Shown: positions 1-12,773 of the stretch, piece by piece
Layout: each line of letters begins with the position of its first letter
Numbering within the stretch: position 1 is the first letter of the stretch
From: Azolla caroliniana
Taxonomy: Eukaryota; Plantae; Polypodiophyta
Length of the DNA stretch: 64,000 bases
Reading direction: 5' to 3'
NCBI GenBank assembly: GCA_043228905.1
Contig: JBHGNT010000010.1
Span: forward strand, 21,576,001-21,640,000
Program-made: the position numbers and the translations under genes
The notes under the pieces: model-generated
The model's database searches: none
Told to the model about the DNA's origin: nothing
The model's input: only the letters and a program-made list of their open reading frames with translations

Positions 1-570
1 ACTAGGGCTATGTAAAGATTAGAAAACACGTTCGCGTTCACAAGTGGAAGGATCGCGCAAAAATAGAAGGATAAGGAATATTCCGTCTGATTTTGGGGCT
101 TTTTTGGCCATTTCACAAAACACCTTGATACCAATATCACATGTTCTCTAAAACTTGATGAAAAAGTTAAAATTTTCACCATTTGGTAAATTTGAAAAAT
201 ACGAAAATTTGGCCAAATACGAAAAGTAACTTTGTGTTTTTTTAAGGAGAAATTACAACTAATTGTATTTTAGATCCTAATGATATCATAAGTGAAAGAT
301 TTCAAAACAATCAACTTTTTTATTTCGTTTGATAAAATGTTGTCTAAATTTGTTACATATCGTTGCGCAAAAATACATTTAGGCGTTATTTGCATCACTA
401 TCATCATTCCTTTCATGAGAATCACTACTATAGCTAATATACAATTGTGACTCTTCCTCCTCATTTTCAAATATACCAATCCAATCATTGTCTTCACCAA
501 ATGGTGTCTCCAAATTGTGTGCACTAAAGCTTGTTTGCCTTCAATCTGAGATATCTTCTAGACTTGGTAA
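1..570 (-). mobile_element. Sola1-like DNA transposon remnant, copy 2 (3' UTR and C-terminal coding end), left part
   Basis: Aligns by eye to ~30605-31086 (cacaagtggaagga..., ttgccttcaa...tagacttggtaa); interrupted at 571 by an LTR element. Confidence 0.75.
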
Positions 571-1036
571 TGTCAGGAATAGTACTAAACAGAGAGAGGA
601 TTAGTACTAAACAGAGAGAGAATTAGTACTAGAGAAGGGAAGTACTATTAGTACTAAGAGGATGGGACTGCATAAGACTCCCGAGAGAGGAAGAGAGAAG
701 AGTAGAGAGAGAGATAGCGAGGACGAGAGAGAGAGAGATGATGATAACAGATTATATATTATAAGAAGAGTAAGTACACAAGGGCTATGAGGCTAAAGAC
801 TAGCGTTGAACCAATTTGGTTCAACATAATGAACCTAATGCCCTCTTTTATAGTGTTCTCAGGAGTAATCCTGAAGCTTCTAGAATGTTCCAGAGAAATC
901 TGGAATATACATTAATTTCCTATAATAAAATGTAAACGAAAATAATATCTTATGTATTACAATAGATGATATAATGGTCAAGAGCTCGACCCATATAACC
1001 TAAGGTCATGGGTTCGAGTCTTGCCATATCATGACA
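571..1036 (-). repeat. 3' LTR of element A
   Basis: TGTCA...TGACA termini; near-identical to 5592-6035 except short tandem duplications. Confidence 0.95.
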
Positions 1037-1059
1037 CTATCCCCCCTTTAAAACGACGA

Positions 1060-4000
1060 GTGTCACGAGTCGTTTTGGATGAAGGACTCGGTTTGTGTGG
1101 ATATTGACGATGGAAGTCTTCAAGAAGCGCACAAGCATTAGTCACATTCTCAATCGGTTCCCAAGTACGGCATTGGTCACATTCTCAATCGGTTCCCAAG
1201 TACGTTCGCTGGGACTATAGCCTAGCCAATCGACTAGATAGTAGAGCTTGTTGCGAACAATCTTGGAATCAAGGATGGCGGCAACCTCGTACTCTGGTCC
1301 ATCTTCAAGCTCGATCGGGGGTGGAGGTTGTATAATACGTCCTGGGATGGTGCTCTCGTGATAGGGTTCGAGGAGAGAACTATGAAACACCGGATGTATC
1401 CGAAGTTGAGGAAGTAGATCGAGACAAAAAGTGACATCATTAATCTTTCCGATAATACGGAAAGGACCTAAGCGCTGATAATCCAATTTCTCACATGGGC
1501 GAGTAGTCTTGATGTGTCGTCGTAGCAGCCACACCCGATCTCCAATGTTAAAACTAGATGGAAGTCGATGATGATCCGCGTAGACCTTGTGTTTTTGTTG
1601 AGCTTGTTGGAGACGAGTAGATAAATCCGCTTGTATCTTACATAACGGCTCCAAATGATCCTCCGCGCAAGGATTTGTGGACACCTCTGGGGTTTGAAGT
1701 ACACTCCATCGAGGGTGACATCCCGTATAAGCATAAAATGGCGTAACTTTAGTCAATGTGTGGATAGAGTTATTATAGGCAAATTCGGCGAAGTGGAGAA
1801 TATCTGCCCAGTTATCCTGATGATAGTTGAGAAAGCACTGCAGATATTGCTCCAACGTTTGATTTGTTCGTTCAGCTTGGCCGTTGGTTTGTGGGTGGTA
1901 GCCGGAGGAGAGGTTACAAGTGACCTTGAGCATTTTAAAAAGGTGCTTCCAGAATTTTGACACGAACTGGGGTCCACGGTCGCTGACGATACTATCGAGA
2001 AGTTCATGATGCCGACATACTTCACGCATGACAATTTCGACGGTGTCTTCACTGGAGATTTCCTTAGTACATGGCAAGAAATGAGCCATCTTCGTATATC
2101 GATCTACCACTGTTAGAATCGCATTGAACCCCTCAAAGACTGGAAGATCTGTGATGAAGTCTAGAGCAATGGATTGCCACGGCTTGCTTGGAATTTGGTA
2201 ATGGTTCTAATAAACCATATGGATGATGCCTTGGCATTTTCGCTCTGCAGCATGTATCACAAGTCCGAACAAAATCTTCAACAAATTGTCGCATACGGGG
2301 CCACCAGAATGATTGTTGTATTAAATCTAATGTTTTAGTACTACCAAAATGCCCAACTGTATATGTGTTATGACAGTTTTGTACTGCTCGAAGGCGGCAA
2401 GAACCATTAGGAACATACAAAAGTTCTTTAAAGAAGAGTAATCCATCATGGTATTTGAATTGCCGATAGTCCGTACCTGGTGGTTGCGACTGTGAACACG
2501 ACGCTTGAGAGGGATCAATTTGTGCTAGTATAGCTTGGGCAAAAGCATCTGTCTTCAGGTCCGCACGTATGATATTGATAACGTGGGAATCCATGGGCAT
2601 GCCAAAAACCTGTGTTGCTTGCAGTCGTGCCGGTCCCAAGATTACTTGCTTTTGGTTATGGAAAGTTGGCTCGCTGGGACGCGGTGTTAGATAATGCATC
2701 TGCCTTCCCTTGGTGCTTCCCCGGACGATATGTAATTTTGAAGTCGAAACGTGTGAGGAAGTGGGCCCACCGAGCTTGATGTCGATTTAACACACGAGCA
2801 TCCTGAAAGTAGGCAAGGTTTTTATGGTCACTGAATACGGTCACAGAATGCTCCCCAATGCGAAATCCGATGCGTCAGCTTCGATAATGAATGGTTTTTT
2901 CGGATCGACATGCGCTAGAATTGGAGCCAATGTAAATGCCTTCTTAAGACTCTCGAAAGCCATATCTGCTTCTTCAGACCAAACGAATGATTGTCCCTTC
3001 CTGGTAAGCTATGTGAAAGGCAGAACGAGCTTTGAGTAATCTTGTATAAACTTCCGGTAAAAATTGGCAAAGCCTAAAAAGCGTTGCACATCCTGCACCG
3101 AGCGCGGAGTCTGCCATTCTACCACTGTCTTGACCTTAGCTGGGTCCATGGAGATGCCTTCTGATGAAATGACGTAGCCGAGAAATTCCACCTGGTTGCA
3201 CCCGAAATAACATTTTTCTAGCTTTGCGTAAAGACCATGTTCTCGAAGTCATTTTAGTACTAACAGTACATGAGAATCATGCTCTTCTTCGGTCGTTGAA
3301 TAAACCAGTAGATCATCCAAGTAGATGATCAGACACACATCCAAGAGATCTCGGAATATATCATTTGCCATGTGCTGGAAGACTGCTGGTGCATTAGTGA
3401 GGCCGAACAACATGACCGTATACTCGAAGTGCCCATATCTAGTGCGGAACGTGGTCTTCCATTCATCTCCTGGTCGGATCTGTACGAGGTTATAGGCCCC
3501 ATGTAAGTGCATACTCATTGCGGATTGTAACTTTATTCAAGCCATGGTAATCTACGACTAGACGAAGTGAGCCATCCTTTTTCTTGACGAAGAAAATGGG
3601 TGCGCCGGTTGGAGATTTCGAATGTCGAATGAATCCATTCTCCAAATTCTCCTCTATATAGGCTCGAAGGACTTCTAGCTCGGTTGGTGACAAATTGTAG
3701 ATCGGTCCCCATGGTGGCTCTTTCCCTAGTTGTAAATCGATGGGGCAATCATATGGTCGATGGTGAGGAAGTGTATTGGCTCGTACTTTATCGAATACAT
3801 TGGCATAATGATTATACTTCTTTGGAAGCTGAACAGTGGACTCCTCTTTAATGGTGTCGGAGGGTTTTAGTGATATTGCGAAGAGAAACATTTCTTCCTT
3901 GCGTCCTTCTTCCCGCAATTGATGTAGTGAAATGGTGGCAATCGTCTAAGTAGATCCTCAGGTTTGTCGACACCGGATTTCTCTTGTTCTCCAATCTATG

Positions 4001-4414
4001 TCTGGGCTATGTAACTCGAACCATGGTAATCCCAAAATGATGGGATGTTCTGGGATACTAATAGTATTAAATGATACTACACATGCTAAGTTATCTAGGA
4101 CAATATTAACGGGTTCTGACTCTTCTGTGATATTTCCAGAAGCAATGGGACGACCATCAATGACGACTACAGAGGCTGGACACGGGAGTTTTTTAAGAGA
4201 TATCTGATGAGCTTGGGCAAAATTCCTATCCATAAAGCAAGAATTAGCTCTGGAGTCTAGAAGTGCTAAGACGTGTATTGGAGGGGTTAACTGTTCCTTG
4301 GGCTACGAACACATTGCTAACTTGCTTAGAGGGAATGGAACCACTAATGGGCTGCACAGATCTAGGGCTGTCCAACCAAACGGCTCCTATTTTGGCTGGA
4401 CTTAGTCGTTTAAC
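1060..4414 (-). pseudogene. pol: pol of element A (protease, RT, RNase H, integrase, chromodomain), frameshifted with small deletions
   Basis: ALLDS protease motif near 4260; YLDD in ORF 3249-3518; integrase SDRGPQF...GQAERTNQ and chromodomain EYEVAAILDS...YLVDWLGYSPSERTWEP in ORF 1142-2110. Confidence 0.93.
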
Positions 4415-5517
4415 TCTTCTTCTAACTGACTAAGGACATCAAATTTGTTCGCTAGATCTAGGCTATTAGTACTATGAGATATCCCTACTGTAATAGGCTC
4501 GGGTTTAGTACAATTAGAACTAGAAACTATTTGGTTTACTTGTCTTCTTGGTCTATGGGGACAATTTATGGCAATGTGTCCTGGTCCACCACAGTAGAGA
4601 CATAGTCAATTTGTTCGGCGTCGCTGCTTTTCTTCTTCGGATAATGGCCCTCGATGACGTGTATTGTCAATCTCCATCGGAGTCGAAGTATTCACTGGAG
4701 GCGCATTATAGGACTGCCTCGGTAAAGGTTTTGCTACCATTGAGGCGTAGGTGGGCTCTGATCTTGCCCTCGACATCTGTAGCTATCGTTCCGAACGTCG
4801 CTCAAAGAGGCGGTTGTCACATTTCACCGTGCGACTGATTGCTTCTGTTAAGGACTTTGGCTCTTCAGGGAAGGTCAAGAGTAAATCCTTGACATCGTTG
4901 CGTAAACCATAACGAAATTGCTCCATCAACGCTTGATCATTCCAAGGGATGTCAGCGACGAGTAGGCGGAAATCTCCTTGGCATAATCGCCGGATTTTGT
5001 TGATTGCGGTCCTTATGCTGTCAGTATCTCCAAAGCATGCTTTAAACTCACCTATAAACTCTTCAAAGTTGTTGAGTAATGGAGACTCCTTTTCCAACAG
5101 TGGAGCGAACCATGCCAACGCTGAGCCACTTAACAACGTCCCTACTAAACCCACTCGTGATGCATCGGTATGATATCAGGAAGGATGCATTTGAATAACT
5201 AATCGTACCTGATTAAGGAACCCTCTAAACTGCGGTCGTGTTCCATCGAACTTCGTGGGGAGGCCAATCTTGGGTTCCTTATGAATCCCTTGTGTTCCCG
5301 GGCCTTGTTGTTGCATCGCTACGATGGTTGCTTCGAGTTGTTGCACGTGTAATGCAAGTTCCCCATGTTGTTGTTGCGTTTGCTGCTTTTCTAAGGAGAT
5401 TTGTTGAAGATCCCCCAGCAACCGTTGATTTTCTTGTTCCAAAGCAAGCAACTTCTCTTTCAAGCATTGAAACTCTGAGAAAACAGATTGATATTCCTGA
5501 GCACTAATAGTGGCCAT
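4387..5517 (-). pseudogene. gag: gag of element A
   Basis: ORFs 5176-5589 and 4783-5154 (PTKFDG, LLSGSALAWF, FRYGL); CCHC knuckle CLYCGGPGHIAINC near 4560-4605. Confidence 0.9.
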
Positions 5518-5591
5518 GGGATGAAAAGAAAAGAGGAATAAGAGATTAGTATGAAGGGAGAGAGACAGAAGTGAGGAAAATTGGTTCAAAC

Positions 5592-6035
5592 TGTCAGGAA
5601 TAGTACTAAATAGAGAGAGAATTAGTACTAGAGAAGGGAAGTACTATTAGTACTAAGAGGACGGGACTGCGTAAGACTCCCGAGAGAGGAAGAGAGAAGA
5701 GTAGAGAGAGAGATAGCGAGGACGAGAGAGAGAGAGAGATGATGATAACATATTATATATTATAAGAAGAGTAAGTACAAAAGGGCTATGAGGCTAAAGA
5801 CTGGCGTTGAACCAATTTGGTTCAACATAATGCCTAGTGCCCTCTTTTATAGTGTTCTCAGGAGTAATCCTGAAGCTTCTAGAATGTTCTAGAGAAATCT
5901 GGAATATACATTAATTTCCTATAATAAAATATAAATGAAAATAATATCTTTCGTATTACAATAGATGATATAATGGTCAAGAGCTCGACCCATATAACCT
6001 AAGGTCATGGGTTCGAGTCTTGCCATATAATGATA
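5592..6035 (-). repeat. 5' LTR of element A
   Basis: Direct repeat of 571-1036; minus-strand TATAAAA at 5845-5851. Confidence 0.95.
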
Positions 6036-6341
6036 GGTAATATCTCTTTTATTATGTCTATCGTTGTCATCCTTAAACATCCAACTTTTGTTAGTGTAAA
6101 ATCATACACAATGATATCCACCTCACTAATGTCAATGATAACTGCATTCCAAAGGTTTAATGCATCACCACGTCCAAAACTTTACCAATGCAGAATTGGT
6201 GCCCTAGGTCATGGTCATCTACATGTGTAGCTATTAATATCCCCTGTCATCTACATGTCTTGCAAGTTTCCTTGTCACCTGAGTTATGCTCGTGTTGTCA
6301 TCCTTAGTTCCACATAAATGTTTCTCTATTGTAGATGAACC
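6036..6341 (-). pseudogene. Sola1-like transposase remnant, copy 2, right part (internally deleted)
   Basis: Continues the homology to ~31082-31512 (VDIIVYDFTLTK.G.L; cacataaatgt.tct) directly after the TSD. Confidence 0.75.
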
Positions 6342-6917
6342 TATTGGGAAATCAGTTCCTCCGGATGGGATCCGGTGATGAATAAAGAGGACCTGGTGAG
6401 AACTGGAAGAGAGCCGGTGAGAACCGGAAGAGATCCGGAAACCAGATCGATGGACCCGGTGAGAACCGGAAGAGAGGATAGATTTGTAAATATGTCTTGA
6501 ATAAGCCCATTGAGGCTATATTTTGTAAATAGCCCTAAGTTCATATAAGTATAAATATGACTTAGGGAAATCACTTTAGTATGTGCTTGTTGTGTTGTCA
6601 TATTGCTGTAACTGTTGTACAGAGAGAGAGAGGGAGAGAGAGAGATACAGAGTGATACTCTGTTGTAACCGCCACTGTGCAAAGAAACAGAGGTTGAGGT
6701 TGTTGCCTCCGAGTCTTTGATTGTACCCCTTCTCTTCATAGTGATAGTTTGGAGTTTGTGGGCTCCCGTGGTTTTTCCCTACTGGGGTTTTCCATGTAAA
6801 CATCTTGTGTCATTTTCTGGTGTGCTCTCCCCACTTCCCATTTCTGTGTTGGATTCTTATTGAGAAGTGATTTACTACTCGATTGTGGCCGAGCGATATT
6901 CTGCGCATTTCTCCACA
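6342..6917 (+). repeat. 5' LTR of Tnt1-like copia
   Basis: T(A)TTGGGAAA...TCTCCACA immediately before the Met PBS; no partner LTR in the window. Confidence 0.8.
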
Positions 6918-6946
6918 AACTGGTATTAGAGCGAACAACATAGGAA

Positions 6947-9193
6947 ATGGAAGAATCGTTCGGCGGCATGTTCAAGCTCACCGGCTCCAACTACTCAGTG
7001 TGGAAGTCAAAGATGAGGGATATGCTAGTAGTCAAAGATCTTTGGTTGCCGGTTCAGTTCGGGGACAAGAGACCGGATAAGATTGACGCCACAGTGTGAG
7101 AGGTGATGCACATGAAGAGGACGGCATACATCCGGTGCTTCATTGACATGAGCATGCACAACAACTTCAATGAAGAGAGCAAGGCTCATGAACTCTGGGA
7201 GAAGATCGACATCATGTTCTAGAACAAGAATGCCGTTAATCGGGTTTCGGTATTTCGGAAGCTAGTGAGGCTCCGGTACCAAGACGGGCTCTAGTATGGT
7301 GGAGCACATGAATGCCTTCCAGGGGCTGATGCACCAAGCAACCTTGTTGGAAGTACCTCTCGTCGATGAGTTACTTGCTCTACTCCTGCTCGGTTCCCTC
7401 CCGGATAGCTGGGAGACGTTAGTTGTCACGTTGGGCAACGTTGGGCCGGAAGGAAAACAACTATCCCTAGCAAGAGTCAAGTCAAACTTGCTAGATGAGG
7501 AGGCACGTCGGAAAGACAAGGAGGTGATCTCCGACGCCAAAGCCCTCCTTACCAAATCAGAATGCGGAAGACAAAGGAATCGGAGCCCCCAGAACCGGGA
7601 AAAGTCGGGGACACGCTCAAAGTCAAGGGGGAGGCCCACTTGCTTCTATTACGGGAAGCCGGGGCACATCCAGAAGAACTGTCGGCATTTCTGGAAAGAC
7701 AAGGGAATTGATAGTACCGATTCGAAGAAGTCACCGGAGTGAAACGGTTTGGATCGGCGAGGCCCGGATCGGAAGGGAACGACGGCGATCACGACAAGTG
7801 AAGAAGAACTAATGCTCATCACCAAGGAGAATGAGTTGAACCTGGTAGTCGACGAGACAACATGGGTTGTCGATTCCGGACCGTCGTTCCACCTTACCCC
7901 GGACCGAAAATGGTTCTCATCCTACACATCCAGTGAGCACGACTGTGTCCGGATGGGGAATGAAGGGACATGCCGAATTATCGGCATAAGGGATGTGCTG
8001 TTGACGACATCAACTGGATGCAAGTTGCTGCTGAAGGATGTCTGACACGTTTCGGAGGTTCGACTGAACCTGATATCAGTTGGTCGGCTAGATGATGAAG
8101 GCTACATAGGTAGCATTCGGAAGGTCAACACATTGTACTTGATGAATGCCCAGATATGCCGGGAAGAAGTGAACGTAGCATCCGACACTGCCGGTGAGCT
8201 GTGGCACAAAAGACTGTGTCACATGAGTGAGAAGGGGATGAAGAGGCTTGATGAAGACAACCTCATTCCGGTGAAGGACGTGCAACTTGAGAAGTGCACC
8301 GACTGCCTGGCCGGCAAGCAAAACCGCATCTCCTTCCGGTCAAGAACACCGATGAGACGGAATGCACCACTGGAGCTGGTGCATACCGATGTGTGTCAAG
8401 TTGACACGAAGTCACATGCTAGATCGTAGTACTTCGTAACGTTCATAAACGACCACAGCCGGAAGCTGTGGGTCTCACTGTTGAAGATGAAGGACCAAGT
8501 GTTATCCGTCTTCAAAGAGCTCCACGCGAGAGTGGAAAGAGAAACCGGCCGGAAGCTGAAGGTGGTTCGAGCAGATAACGGAGGAGAATACCGGGGGTAG
8601 TTCGAGGAGTACTGCCGGTCGAAGGGAATCCGACTCGATTTTACTGTGCCGAAGACGCTGGAACTAAACAGGCTGGACGAAAGGATGAACCGGACCATAA
8701 TGGAGAGAGTCCGGAGCATGCTAGCACATGCCAAGTTACCCAAGAAGTTTTGGGTTGAGGCGTTGACGACGACGACATATGTGATAAACAGATCACCCTC
8801 AATACCCTTGGACGGAGACTCACCGCAGAAATTATGGACCGGTAAGGATGTGTCTTACCGGCATCTGAAGGTGTTCGGGTGTCTCGCATACGTGCATGTA
8901 GGGAAGGACAAGAGAGAAAAGCTGGATCCGAAATCCCGACCATGCATATTCCTTGGATACGACGATGATGAGTTCAGTTACCGGGTGTGGGATCTGGTCG
9001 ATAGAAAGATGTTCCGGAGTCGGGACATAGTTTTCATGGAAGATAGGACCATTGCCGACTGGGAGTCGGAGAAGAAGGTAACGAACTCCGGATCATCCAT
9101 TGAAAACCGGCTTGAGGACAAAAAGATATACCCGGTTGAAAACCGGATGTTAGCCGGTAATCGGATAAAACTCGATGAACCGGCCGGATACCG
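6947..9193 (+). pseudogene. copia gag-protease-integrase
   Basis: NYSVWKSKM, LLLLGSLPDSW, zinc knuckle CFYYGKPGHIQKNC, WVVDSG, LWHKRLCH, integrase core; several in-frame stops. Confidence 0.92.
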
Positions 9194-9873
9194 TGTCGCG
9201 TTGTTACACGCGTGCGTGGAGAACAAGGCGGGACCACTGGGGTCTTGGACCGAGGAATAGGTGAGAAGAGAGGGAGAGAGAGACACGCTCACACACGGAT
9301 AGACAAAGAAGCACGCGGGAACGCAGCTCGATCAACACAAGAGACACAAGTTGGGCAGGAGGTAGAGTATAATAACGCGTATATAAATATATGTATGAAG
9401 ATGACTCGGACGGTTACAGCCGATTAGGTTGGCGAGACGGGTGTCGACGCCTGATCACCCACGCATACAGGGGAGCAAGATGGAGATTCTGCCGGAAGCA
9501 CACGGGCGTTCCACGGAGCAGAATCAGCCACTCGAGAACCTGCGCAAAGAAAGCTTATGGAGAACGACAGAGGAGAAGAGCTCCGTCCTAGTCCGACATC
9601 ACTTGTTCCCCTCTAGCGCGCGATACCCTCTCTCCCCCATTTCCCTCTCTTTTATAGCTCAAGGAGGGAGGCCGTCTTGCCCGTTTACATCACATTAATT
9701 CTCTGTCCTTTCGGACAGAGATACTCCTCGATTCTCCCTATAGAATATTGCTACCTAGGATCTAACCCTTGCGCCTACCTATCTACTTTACGACAAGGGA
9801 CGTGCCCACGTGTAAGGGCCGGTTCACACACATTATACACGGTTTGCGCCTGGGGACGGTTTTCTTCACGACA
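9194..9873 (-). repeat. 3' LTR of element B
   Basis: TGTCG...CGACA; direct repeat of 23070-23759. Confidence 0.95.
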
Positions 9874-9949
9874 TCCGCCCCCACCTAACCGCGCATCCAC
9901 CGGTATGTGCCAAAATTGGGTTCCTATGAGAGAAAACCGATCCTTGCTT

Positions 9950-12073
9950 TTACTCCTCGTTTACCGGTTCAACCTCTGCCTCGGGCCGCTCGTCATCGCT
10001 GTCCATGCCTCCTAGCCCCGGCTCCCCGTCGTGCCGTTTCTTGAACGCTTTGATCCTCTTCCCCGCTACCGGTATCGCCATTCTCGTACCGTCGAGCTCC
10101 GCGAGATGGTACGTCCCATTGGCGTTGGCGCCTGTTACTACATAAGACCCGAACCACCTCCTCGCAAACTTTCGCGTGGCGCTGTGCTGATTGTCGAGAC
10201 TGCTGTCGTAGACTAGCACCCAGTTGCCTTCCTCGATCTTCCTTGGCCTGGACCGGTGTGTTCGGTTGAACCGGGCTTTGTTCCTTATCCGTGCTACTCG
10301 AAGTTTGTCCGCGGCTCGCTCTACGTCCTCCGGCCTCCGCTCGAGGTGTCGAATCCGCGCCGCCAACAGTTCCTCCCGGCTCATCTCATTCCTCCAGTCC
10401 ACCGTGGCCCACGAGGAGATCGTTCGCTCTGTTGGCATGATCGGCCTCTGTCCGAACATCAGCTCGGCCGGCATGAACCCGGTTACCGAACTGTGCGTAG
10501 TCCGGTCCACCCACAAGGCATAAGGTAGTAGCCGTGGCCAATCCCCGACTCGGCCTCCGCACGCCCGTACTAGCGCTTTGACAATTGGCCCATGTCCGCG
10601 CTCCACCTTCCCGTTTGCCTCCGGATTGTACGCTGTGGTGAGCGAAAGTTTGACTCCTAGCCGGTCGAACAACTCTTCGGCTTCTTCTGCGTCCAACTCG
10701 CCACGGTCAGCCACGATCTTCCCTACGCACCCGTATCGGCATACTACGTCCTCAATAAAAAACCGGCACACGGCTGCCGTCGTCTTGTTCTGCTGGGCTC
10801 GGCCTTCAACCTGGTTCGTTAGATCTTCCCGAGCCAGCACCAGATACCTTATCTGTCCTACCCCCATTGGCATCGTCACCAAATCCACCATCCACTTGAA
10901 GTGGATGGTCGGAGGGTAGGTCGGGTGAAGCTCGTCCCGATGTCGGATCATGGAGTGCACCTGACAGCTTTCGCAAGTCCTCACGAACCGATGCACGTCC
11001 CGGTATAGTCCCGGCCACCAGTACTTCCCCTTTAGCTTTTCGAACGTGGCCCACGTTCCACGGTGTCCAGCCCACGGGCTATCGTGGTACGCCGCCAGCA
11101 AATCCTCTTGTTCCCCCTTCTTCGCCACCACTCGGAGCGGGATGCCGTTCCTCTTCTTCGGGTGCTTCCAGATGTATCCATCCCGGAGAAAGAATCGGTA
11201 GGCTTTCTTCCGAATCCGGTTGGCCTCGTCCGTTGTCCATGCTGCGTCCGGTGTCATTGTGTTCAGGAACCCGCCGATCTGCAGCCACTCCTCGTTGTAC
11301 TTGCTCTCGTCGAAGTCGTTAAGCGTTGGAGAGCATTCCCCGTTGGTTGTCATGTAAGCCGCCTTGAAGAAGTCCATGCCGACTTCCTCGTCCTCTGAAA
11401 CCATGCCGCCGTCGTTTTCGAACCTCGCCCTTGAAAGCATGTCGGCCATGGCGTTCTCTTTCCCAGAAATGTGTCGTATTTCCGGATTCAGGGACTTGAT
11501 GTACGCTATCCACCTGAGCATTGCCAGGTCCGGTGTCGCGCATCCGGAAACCATGCCAAGAATTGGCAGGCAGTCCGTCTCGATAAATACCTCTGCCCCG
11601 ATCAGGTAGTCATTGTCGGCCTTTACCACCGAAACGATACCCCAGAGCTCGCGTTTAACCTGGGCGTATCCTCGCTGTCGCTCATTGAGGACCTTCACGC
11701 CAAACCGGATCGGGGAACGCATGCCGTCCTCGTCCTCCTGGTTGACGACCCATCCGATCCCAGTTGGACTCGTGTCTACCGTTACGTAAATTGGAGTGTC
11801 CTTTCCGTAGACAGCCTTCCGGAGCGCCGGAGCTGCGGCAAGTGCTTCCTTCATCTTTCAGACATACTCCGTATGCCCATCTCTCCACTCGAATTTTCAC
11901 CCCTTTTTTAGCATCTCGTATAACGGCTCCGCGACGTGGGCGTAATGCGGGATCCATATGTGGTAGAACGCGCACGCTCCCAAGAACCTCCGAACCTCCG
12001 TGACCGAGCTGCAATCGTTCTTCATCGCGGAGATGGCTTCTACCTTAGCCGGAGCCGGTTTCCGGCCGTACGG
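9950..12073 (-). pseudogene. pol: RT end, RNase H and integrase of element B
   Basis: ORF 9950-11854: VDTSPTGIG, ETDC, HHCC zinc finger, VADRGE, GKVERGH; no chromodomain. Confidence 0.93.
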
Positions 12074-12773
12074 TGTCGCGTCATTACGCGCTGTCATGAA
12101 GAAAACCGTCCACAAGCGGAATCGGCGCACCGGAGCATAGGAACCGGCTCTTCATGCACGTACGCCTTGTGTTGTACATAGGAGAGAATTAGGGACATGG
12201 GAGATCCTAGGTAGGTAGATTCGGTAGGTAGGAAGTTAATAGGAAACAGCTCCCTTCTTGCCTATAAATGGAGGGAGACGAGGAGGAGGAGAGGTATCGC
12301 GAAGTAAGAGAGGACGAAGTGCTGTCGGATTGTGGGTGAAGGCTTCTCTTTCTCTTCCAAACTCCATAGCTTCTTTCTGCGCAGGTTTCGGGAGGTTCGC
12401 GCTGCTCTGAGGAATGCCCGAGTGCTTCCGGCAGCACCTCCAACCTACTCCTTTCTTTCTGTGTGTTTACGAATAGGCATCAACATTTGTTCGCCGGCCT
12501 GTTCGGTTGTAACCGACTTCGTGTTCTTGTTGTTTGTCTTTGTTAATACATACATACATTCATGTCTATCTATGTCGCTGTCCCACTCGCGTCTTTGTGT
12601 CGAAGGGCCGTGTCCCTGCGAATCTACGCTCGCACGTAGTGGGTTCCCTTCTCCTTTCTCTCTCGCTCTTCGGTACAAGACCTCCGAGGTCCCGCCTCAT
12701 TCCACGCATCCGCGAGGAATACCTCGACATCTTGGTGAACCCGACGTGAAGGAAGGCGGCAGAAGAGCAGAAG

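Larger units (their letters stand above)
571..6035 (-). mobile_element. Full-length decayed Ty3/gypsy chromovirus (Tcn1/Tf1-like), element A
   Basis: LTRs 571-1036 and 5592-6035; 5-bp TSD GGTAA at 566-570 and 6036-6040; PPT complement at 1037-1050; order gag-PR-RT-RH-IN-chromodomain. Confidence 0.95.

Noticed and set aside
1141-1203. Tandem duplication in the chromodomain end of element A
   Set aside because: A local slippage duplication that frameshifts the C-terminus; no sign of function.
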